From: Ramazzottius varieornatus
Lineage: Eukaryota > Animalia > Tardigrada
Reading direction: 5' to 3'
Assembly: GCA_001949185.1 (NCBI GenBank)
Contig: BDGG01000002.1
Location: 4,702,448-4,766,447, forward strand
Length of the DNA stretch: 64,000 bases
Below, piece by piece: positions 55,364 to 64,000 of this stretch. Numbering within the stretch: the first letter of the stretch is position 1; each line of letters opens with the position of its first letter. The notes beneath the pieces were generated by a model, which worked only from the letters and a program-made list of their open reading frames with translations, did no database searches and was not told the origin of the DNA. Made by a program: the position numbers and the translations under genes.

Positions 55364-58300
55364 ATGGACTTCCGGAGGAATAATATTCTTTATCGTGTTT
55401 GCCTGACCATATTGCTTCAGATGTATCTTGCGATTGCTCAGCAGCAAGATGACTGTTCGCAGAGTAGTTGTTATCCTGCAACGGGAGATTTGCTCATCGG
55501 TCGGGAAGCGCGCTTATCCGCCACCTCTACATGTGGTCTGACCAAGCCCGAGCGCTATTGTATTGTCAGTCATTTGGAGGATGAAAAGAAGTGCTTCCGC
55601 TGTGATTCGCGGCAACCCTATGTACCTGGATTAAATGAGAATAGCCATCGGGTGGAAAACGTAGTGTCCAAACTTGTCCCACAAAGGAAGCGCACATGGT
55701 GGCAAGCTGAGAATGGTATGCAACCGAATATGTCCAAACAAGCGTGATCACTGTAATTTGAGCTCCCCGAGGTCTCCAAACGTTTTCGCCATAAATTTTC
55801 ATACAAGATCTTAAAAAAGTGTATGACTTCTGACATTAGCGCAAAACTCGACCATGGAAAAACCCGCTAAATTTATTATGCGAGTTTCTAATCAAGGTCA
55901 TATTTTCAGGAGTTTCGAATGTATCTATACGGCTGGATCTGGAGGCCGAATTCCATTTCACCCATCTCATCATTACCTTCAAGACTTTTCGACCATCGGC
56001 GATGTTGGTTGAACGGTCTCACGATTTCGGCAAGACCTGGCATGTATATCGGTACTTTGCGTATGACTGCGGCGACTCGTTTCCCGGTGTGCCGACAGGA
56101 CAACCACGACGCCTTACGGAAGTCATTTGTGAATCCCGCTACTCTGCTCAAGCTCCTTCTTCCGACGGCGAGGTAGGCGATCACTGTATTTCTGCTTCGT
56201 CTGATGGGATTTGACAGTTTATTTTCCAGCTCGTTTTCCGTGTACTCCCAGCCAATATTATCATCGAAGACCCTTACAACATGGAGGTCCAAAATCTACT
56301 GAAGATGACGAACATGCGGATCAATTTCACTAAACTGCATACTCTGGGTGACAACTTGCTGGACAGGCGGCCGGAAATAGCGGAAAAATATTATTATGGT
56401 ATCACTGAAATGGTCGTCAGAGGAAGTTGCTCATGCTACGGTCATGCTCGCCGCTGTATCGCACTTCCGGGAGTACATCCCAATCCGGACATGGTGAGCC
56501 CTCTCATATGCTGGACGTGGGCAAATGATTGAAGCCAGATCGTCCTCCCAAGTGGCGTACATTTCTAGCCGCTTGCAATGGATTCGTGAGCCACTTGTGA
56601 CACAGCGATCTGGTCTAGCTCAGTTGCCCATGTCTCCATCCGATGGAAAGCATGTCACTGCAATTCTTTTTTCCAGGTTCACGGACGTTGCGAATGTACT
56701 CACAATACGAAAGGAATGAACTGCGAACAGTGCGAGGATTTCTTCAACGATTTTCCGTGGAAGCCCGCCGTAGGCCGCGACATCAACGCGTGCAAACGTA
56801 CGTTGAAGTGTTTGACTTTTTGAGGAAATTCGTTGTATGAAATGTGTTTGTGATGAGTGAGCTCTAGCCTACGGTGGACTTTGCTTTTTAGGCTGCGAGT
56901 GTAACAATCACGCGTCGAGGTGTCACTTCGATCCCGCTGTTTTCGAGGCAAGCGGTAGAGTTTCTGGTGGCGTGTGCGATGACTGCCAGGATAACACCAT
57001 GGGCAGGAATTGTGAGATGTGCAAGAATTACTTCTACCAAGACCCAGCGAGACAAATGACGGACCCGGGTGTTTGTTTACGTAAGACTGGTTTACTTCAT
57101 CAGTAAAAAAAGATCATTGTATATTTTACCTTAATTAATTATGTTTGTTATCGTTCATTTTTCAGCTTGTGATTGTGATCCGAAAGGTTCACTCAACGAA
57201 GGTCTCTGTGATTCTAAGCAAGACCCGATTAACGAACTGGAAGCTGGCAAATGTCACTGCAAGCAGTATGTGACGGGGCGGCGCTGCGATGTTTGTTTGG
57301 ATGGCTACTTCGATCTTCGAGAAGATAACCCTGTAGGCTGTCGTGGTATGTACACATTTACTTTGTCTGCCCTCTGCAGTTTATTTCCGGTTCAACGGTA
57401 CCTTCTTTCACAGCGTGCGCCTGTAATCTTCTGGGAACGATCGGTAACTCCGGATGTGACAAGACGACTGGACAATGTACCTGCAAGCGTTTCGTCAGCG
57501 GTGAGAACTGCGACCGCTGCGCCCCGGGTTTCTACGGTATGAGTGAAGACCGGGATGGATGCAAGGCTTGTGACTGCGACCTTGGCGGCAGCTTCGACAA
57601 CGATTGCGACCAAACCACTGGGCAGTGCCGATGTCGACCTAACGTGGCTGGTAGAAGGTGCGACCAACCGGAAGTTGGCTACTTCGCACCGTACCTGGAT
57701 TACCATACCTACGAAGCCGAAGATTCCACCGGCTCTCCGGTAAAGATACTCCAACTATACGCAAAACATTAGCAACTTTCAAATATACATTATTTTTGTA
57801 TTTGCATGGTGAACGAACAATCACCCAGTCATACCAGATTTTCGACCATATTTTCACGTAATTTCGATTTATCTTACAGAATACTCGAGTGGTGGTTCGT
57901 GAGCGACATTCGAACCGAGGCGCCACCTGGACAGGAACCGGTTACATGCAGGCGACCGAAGGTGCGACGCTGGAGTTTGCCCTGGACGACATTCCTCTGT
58001 CGACTGATTATCATTTGTTGATCCGCTACGATACGACCGGTAACCGAGACTGGAAGGAAGTGGGGATTGAACTGATCCGGCCGCCAAGCGAAGACCCCAA
58101 TGGAGTCTGCGGTAACGTCATCCGGCAGACGGGCTACATGTTCACCACGTTACCTGCTGGACAGCAGTTCCAGCTGATCAACCCATCGTTCTGTCTCGAG
58201 AAAGGACAACGGTATGCTCTCAAGCTCGACTTCTCTCGACAAGGCGACGGACCTGGACAAGGTGCACCACCAGTAATCCTCGTGGACTCTGTAAGAGGCC

Positions 58301-61300
58301 GTCTCCTTCTGCTGATTTTTTCTGTCGATTAGTATATTCATTTGCTGTGCTTTGTAGGTGGTACTCGTTCCCAACATGAACTCGATACCTTTCTTCCAAG
58401 GTCGGCAAGGCGAGTTTCACAAGCAGGAGTTTGATCGACATCGTTGTTTGGACTCGCAACTTGGCGCCGTCAAATCCGAATTGATCGACGTTTGCCGGAA
58501 CTACATCAATTCCATTTCCCTGTATACGGAAGGCCGAGCTTTGCGTGAGTTTCTTGATCCCATATTCATGTCAGCGTTATGGGTTAGCAAAATCAAAAGC
58601 CCTGTTGATTTTTAGCATGCACATGTGATAGCACGGGATCTCACAGTTCGGAGTGTGGAGCTCTCGGTGGCCAGTGCAAGTGCAAGTCCAACGTCGTGAA
58701 CCGCATCTGCGACCGTTGTGCCCCTGGCACCTACGGATTTGGGCCGCGTGGATGTACCGAATGCGAATGCCACAATGTCGGCAGTGAGGACAACTTCTGT
58801 GATGCCATGACCGGTCAGTGCAAATGTCGTCCAAACACTTTCGGCCGTCGCTGCGACGAATGTCAGACGGGTTTCTGGAACTACCCACATTGCGAGCCAT
58901 GTCAGTGCAGTGGTCGAGCGGAGACTTGTGATTCCAAGACCGGAGCTTGTATTGCTTGTCGAGACTACACATCCGGCCAGAACTGCGAGCGTTGCCTGGA
59001 TGGATACTACGGCGATCCGCGGCCGGGTGGTGGAGTTCCGTGCCGAGCCTGTCCTTGCCCGGGCGGTATTGACAGTGGCTTCCAACATGCGTCATCGTGT
59101 TACTTGGATCCTACGACGCAAGATGTGGTGTGCCGATGCGATGTCGGATATACTGGTTCGAAATGTGAACGGTGCGATGAAGGCTTCTTCGGAAACCCAC
59201 TGGTTGCTGGTAAGAAAAGTGGGACCTCGACAATTTCAGTTTTTCCAAGTGGCGAACCGCAGCAGCCAGTGACATTGTAAAGATGCGCCACTTAGGGGGA
59301 AAGTCTTGTCGAGTTTGTTGGCTGTATTCCTTCGTGAACCCACGTGATCGTTTTCATTAATCACTGGTCCTAAGTATATCTTTTTTCCACAGGTGGTACA
59401 TGCTCACCGTGTCAGTGTAACGGCAACATTGAGCCGATGGCACCCGGAAGTTGCGATCCTAATACCGGTGAATGCAAGCGTTGTCTCTTCAACACGGAAG
59501 GTTTCCACTGCGAGCACTGCAAAGCTGGCTTCTTTGGCGACGCCAAGAGACAGACCTGTCGACGATGCGTCTGTGATGTACTGGGAACTGATCCGCTTGG
59601 TGGTTCCTGCAACCGAATCACCGGCCAGTGTCCTTGCTTACCGAACGTTCTGGGTCTCAGTTGCGATCACTGTCGAGAAAACCATTGGAAGCTTGCCAGT
59701 GGCAAAGGCTGTGATGCCTGTGCTTGCGATCCGAAGGGCTCGGTGTCTGCCCAGTGCGACCTGTACATGGGTCTTTGTCGGTGTCAGCCGGGTCGTGGTG
59801 GACGAACTTGTTCTGACTGCGAGACGGGCTATTGGGGAGACCCCAACGTCCGATGCGAAAGTACGTAGTCGCACTGTCGCAGTTTGAATGTTATCACATT
59901 TGTATTTCTTTGTTCATCGTAGGATGTCAGTGTGATCCTCAAGGAACAGCTAGTTCGCAGTGTAACAAGCAAGATGGCTCATGTGTCTGCGTGCCTGGTG
60001 TAACTGGCTACGCTTGCAACAAGTGTCAGCGGGGATGGACCGGACAAGTACCCAACTGTCAACCCTGTGGTGATTGCTTCAACAATTGGGATGTTGTGAT
60101 CGGAGAACTGAAAAGTGAGTTCTTTCTTTGATGCTTTCGGTGAAGGCGTATCGGACATTGTCGGTTGCTCTTTTCGTTTCAGAGGAGACGAACGTCTTGA
60201 TAGGCAGAGCTGATCAAGTTCGGGACCAAGGTATTGGTGGAGCATACGAAGCCGAGTTCAAGGCAATGGAGAAGAAGCTTGCGCATGTGGATAACATCGT
60301 ATCGAGTACCAACATCAGCACGGCTCAAGTCGCCAGCATACAGGACCTTCTCAAAGGCCTCAAGTACGGAAAACTTCCTATATATATATACATATATAGA
60401 GTTGGAGTACAATAGTAGTAAATGCTGATGTTTATTCTGAACTGTAGGCGGAATCTGACCGCAAGCGAAATGAAACTTCGAGATGTGAACGAGAAAGTGA
60501 ACAACGGCACCCAGCGACTTGTCAACATTAACGCCGATATAAACGTTCTGAAGAGCCGTTTCAGTGACTTGAACGACGACGCTTCAGCTTTACGAAACAA
60601 TGCGACCGCTTTGCAGGAGGCTAATGTGCAAGGTAAATTTGACATGGCGACTTCTTTTGGTCACTTGTTAATTTAACGGATGAAGTATATGATTGCTGTT
60701 TCACAGGTGCGCTCAACCTTACCAGGGATGCACAAAGACGGTCGCAAGAAGCACAGAACCGTATTCTTCAGTCCACTGCTTCGCTTTCCAAGTCGCAGGA
60801 AATTCGTGGGCGTGTGGAAAACATGCTGAACCAAACAGAAATCGACATTGCAGCTGGCCAAGTGGAGAATGAGGACCTGTTGGCAGAGCTTGATGCAACA
60901 GTCGTGGAGCTCAACTCGAAGATACCGGGACTCAACAGCATGGTAAGAAGTAATCGGGATTCAATGGTCGATAGCCGTAGACAAATAACCACGCTTGATT
61001 TCAGGTTTGCGACAAGGGCGGGAACCCTTGTGATGAAGTGTGCGGAGGAGCTGGATGTGGTCGCTGTGGAGGCCTTAGCTGCGAGAATGGTGCCTTGCAG
61101 AAATCCAAGTCTGCGCTGGATCTTGCGCGAAGGGCTGAGGAGAAGATTGATGCACTAGAAATCAAGGCAGATCGGTTACTCGGAGAGGTAACTTTTAATA
61201 GCATGAAACCGGTCAGAATTTCTTCCGCGCTCCATCAGGTGTTAATGCTCGCTTATGTGTATGTTGTAGGTTCAAAATGCTCAACGCAAGTCGCAACAAG

Positions 61301-62395
61301 CTCTCGCGATGACAGAATCCGCCCATATTACGGCTGAGAATGCCAGGAATGTCTCTCGGGATCTCCGAGCTGATCTGGACAAGCTTTTGAACGACATCAA
61401 CGAATTCACCATCGGAGACCGGGCCAAACCTTCGCAGATCAGGCAGCTCGCGGACGAAATTCAAAACCGCTCCATCTCACTGTCTCAAGAAGAGATTATG
61501 CAGCTGGCCTTACAGATCAACCAGACGATCCTGGGTCTAACAAACATCGACACCATCATTGCCGAAACGGCCAGGGATGCTTCGATAGCAGACTCGCTAA
61601 AACAACGAGCTAACGACGCAAGGTTCGCCACTACTCTGCTCTAGCATTTGACTCGTTTGACTAGGGTGTCTTATGGACTAACTCTTCACTCATAGTAGTA
61701 TGATTATCGTATAGAAATCGAACAGGAGCGGTGCTCAAAGCTGCGCAAGATGTTCGCGATGCTCTTCAAGCCGCCAAGATATCGCAAGACGCTGCACAAG
61801 CCGCCATCAACAATGCCACCGCAGACATCATGGAAGCCGGAAAGGATCTCACAACGACCTCCAACGGCACCGACACCGCCGAAGTTACTGCTGCTACCTC
61901 GCTGGAAGCCGCTCTACTGCTACAACAACGCCTTCGTGACGTCGAGAAGAACTTTACAGCGAACCGGTTGAACGTTCAGAAGGCGGAAGTGGAAACGCGA
62001 AACATGGAAGCACAGGCTGCTGATGTCGAGAAGGTAAAATTAGCGGTTAACCTCAGTGTTATTTCAGCTTGTTTATTCTGGTATGGTTTCTTCAGAAAGC
62101 TGCTCAGCTCACCACCAAGCATCAACAAGCTCAAGAGGAACTCCGGAAGAAGACGAACTCCTTAGGTGCCAACGTTCAGAAAAGAGCGAAAGTCCTGAGG
62201 ACGCAGGCCAACAACATACGGCAGTCGACACAAGGGAAGCTCCGCGAGCTTGACGACCTCGAAGTCAAGCTACCGCAGAACGAAGCCAAGATAAGGAGTA
62301 TCAGCTCGGAGATAGACGAACTGCTAAGGAGGATGAACCAAGCTTATTCCGTTATCGATGACCGGGAAAAGTTTTATCGAACTTGTAGCCTTTAG
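55364..62395 (+). CDS. LAMB1: Laminin subunit beta (signal peptide, LN domain, LE repeats, IV-B domain, coiled coil with beta knob), multi-exon
   Basis: [68 protein letters not shown], many laminin EGF repeats, [15 protein letters not shown] and the C-terminal FYRTC. Confidence 0.96.
56547..56600. repeat. Intronic palindrome family 1 copy (27-nt spacer)
   Basis: cccaagtggcgta-[27 nt]-tgagccacttgtga in a laminin intron. Confidence 0.7.
59241..59301. repeat. Intronic palindrome family 1 copy (27-nt spacer)
   Basis: ttttccaagtggcgaa-[27 nt]-tgcgccacttagggggaa in a laminin intron; outer flanks ctcgacaa / ttgtcgag also pair. Confidence 0.75.
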
Positions 62396-63133
62396 GTCTT
62401 CCTTTTTGTTGTATTGAACCTGCTCCCTCTCTTTTGCATTTTGAATCAATAGTGCTCACGTTATGTTCCTGTTTTATTAATTGACTTTCTAGATTTTGTG
62501 CCTAAGCATCAACGAATGTACACGACATGGCACAGCATATCATCCGTATACTGTCCGGTCCACCGCGTTCCACCATATGTCAGTAGGAACCATATCTCAC
62601 TTTGGTCTTCGATATTTCCATTCCCCGGTTATAAGCCAAGTTAAGTTCCGGAAGTTGCACGCCAGCCCGTCACTTGAGTTCCTTCCACCTGAGCAGATTG
62701 AATCAAACAAATTCCGGATGATGAACCCTGTTCGAGTCTTCTGACTGTCTGCGGACATCTCGATTTCGTTCCGACGATGGTCAACAGGAATTTTACTTGG
62801 GAAAGTTTCAAAACTACAATCGTCGGAGACAAAAAATCTTCCACGTTACGCAAGTGTAAAAAGTATGGTTGAAACGTCAAGAAGTGTACAAGAAAGGTCT
62901 CTATCCAATCCAAGACTAAAGATATCATCGACGACCCAAAAACGTATCGAAGAGATAAAAAAGACGCAGAATGATTTCAAGCGAGTCTAGAAGAGAATCA
63001 AAAACTAGAAACATAAACGATCGGTTCGAAGTACAGTACCAAAAGCTGAAAGTTGGCTCCGCGACCAAAGATGCTAACTTCGTTCAGCCACAACTGAAAG
63101 ACAGGACCAACGTGTCCAAAAGCTTCACGTGTT

Positions 63134-63833
63134 TTACTGGTCCCGTGAAGGCTGGATCGAAGGACCTGCAACGAGAAAACACGACATTGTAACTTTGCTA
63201 AAAATACTCAACCAGAAAATGAGGAAAAAGAGAACTCACCGTAATACACGCCTGGCATCGAGTACTGAGGATAACACGGCTGACTTAGTACTTGGAACGG
63301 ATGATAACCCGACCAAGTGTGGACTATGAAGGTAGTAGGAGCCTGGACGTAAGGTTGAGCAGGACGACCACAGAACGCTGGCTGGACCGACGGCATCAGG
63401 GCGCTACCTGCAACAGAAAAGACAGATATTGAAACTTGAAAGCTTGTTGGAATATATTGTTAGGACGTAACATCAACATACCTTGCGAAGAGTTCTGCTG
63501 AAAGTTGATCGTGCATCCCTGGAACCGTTGATCGCGCTGAGCTTTGTCACTGAACGAGCTGCGCGATCCTTGGTACTGGTTCCTTGGATGAGGATTGCCA
63601 CGAGGTCTGCCTCGACTGACTTCCCGCGGCGAATCATGACGCGATGTGGAGAGACGCGCTGAGGTGGAGGAAGGGTGACGAGTACACTGACCACTAGAGC
63701 TCGATTCAGACGAACCCGGAAGCGATAGACTATCCTGACGATGCCGGAGTATGCTACCCGGAAACACTTCCCTAGCCAATGGGAGCTGATCCAAGTTCCA
63801 TCCCATGGTACGCACTGCTTTCATCTGGTCCAT
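63134..63833 (-). CDS. Hypothetical small spliced protein (Ser/Arg-rich then Pro/Tyr/Gln-rich); may be 5'-incomplete
   Basis: Exons of about 63833-63482, 63407-63240 and 63165-63134 join in frame through two GT-AG introns of about 74 nt. No recognisable domain. Confidence 0.45.
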
Positions 63834-64000
63834 CGTCGCTTGATTCAAGGAATGGCAGTGAAGCAGGACAGCCGATTTGAAGACTCGAAGGCTGAAAGAC
63901 AAATACAGATCCTTTCGTTGACTGGACCACCTAGCACGAGCCGAACAAAGAAATGAAGCGAATTTAAAAATACAGTGTTTGTTGTACTTACAAGCCATAC

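Noticed and set aside
52545-55364. Possible PRAF3-laminin operon
   Set aside because: About 2.1 kb separates the CDSs, and PRAF3 has its own AATAAA near 53500; there is no positive evidence.
60379-60398. Short (TA)n run in a laminin intron
   Set aside because: Ordinary imperfect microsatellite.

Overview
Compact, intron-rich invertebrate genomic DNA, probably ecdysozoan, with mostly short GT-AG introns of about 50-90 nt. In order it holds: a class XV MyTH4-FERM myosin (+); an intronless ZFAND1 (-); a decayed PM20D2-like amidohydrolase; GTP-dependent PEPCK (-); an approximately 7.5 kb transposon-rich island (Gly/His-rich ORF, spliced P-element/THAP9-type transposase remnant, LINE fragment, nested MITEs); a short dolichol kinase (+); an approximately 1185-aa secreted Gly/Ser/Asn/Gln/Tyr low-complexity protein (-) with a foldback element and an assembly gap in intron 2; RPB2 (+); an MLL5/UpSET-family PHD gene with no SET domain (-); PRAF3/ARL6IP5 (+); laminin beta (+); and a small orphan gene (-). 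The most unusual signal is two families of short palindromic elements found only in introns. Each has conserved E-box-containing arms around a spacer of fixed length but variable sequence: 27 nt in all 7 copies of family 1, and 30 nt (29-31 in decayed copies) in the 6 copies of family 2. Exon boundaries were read by hand and homology calls rest on recalled motifs; no searches were run.
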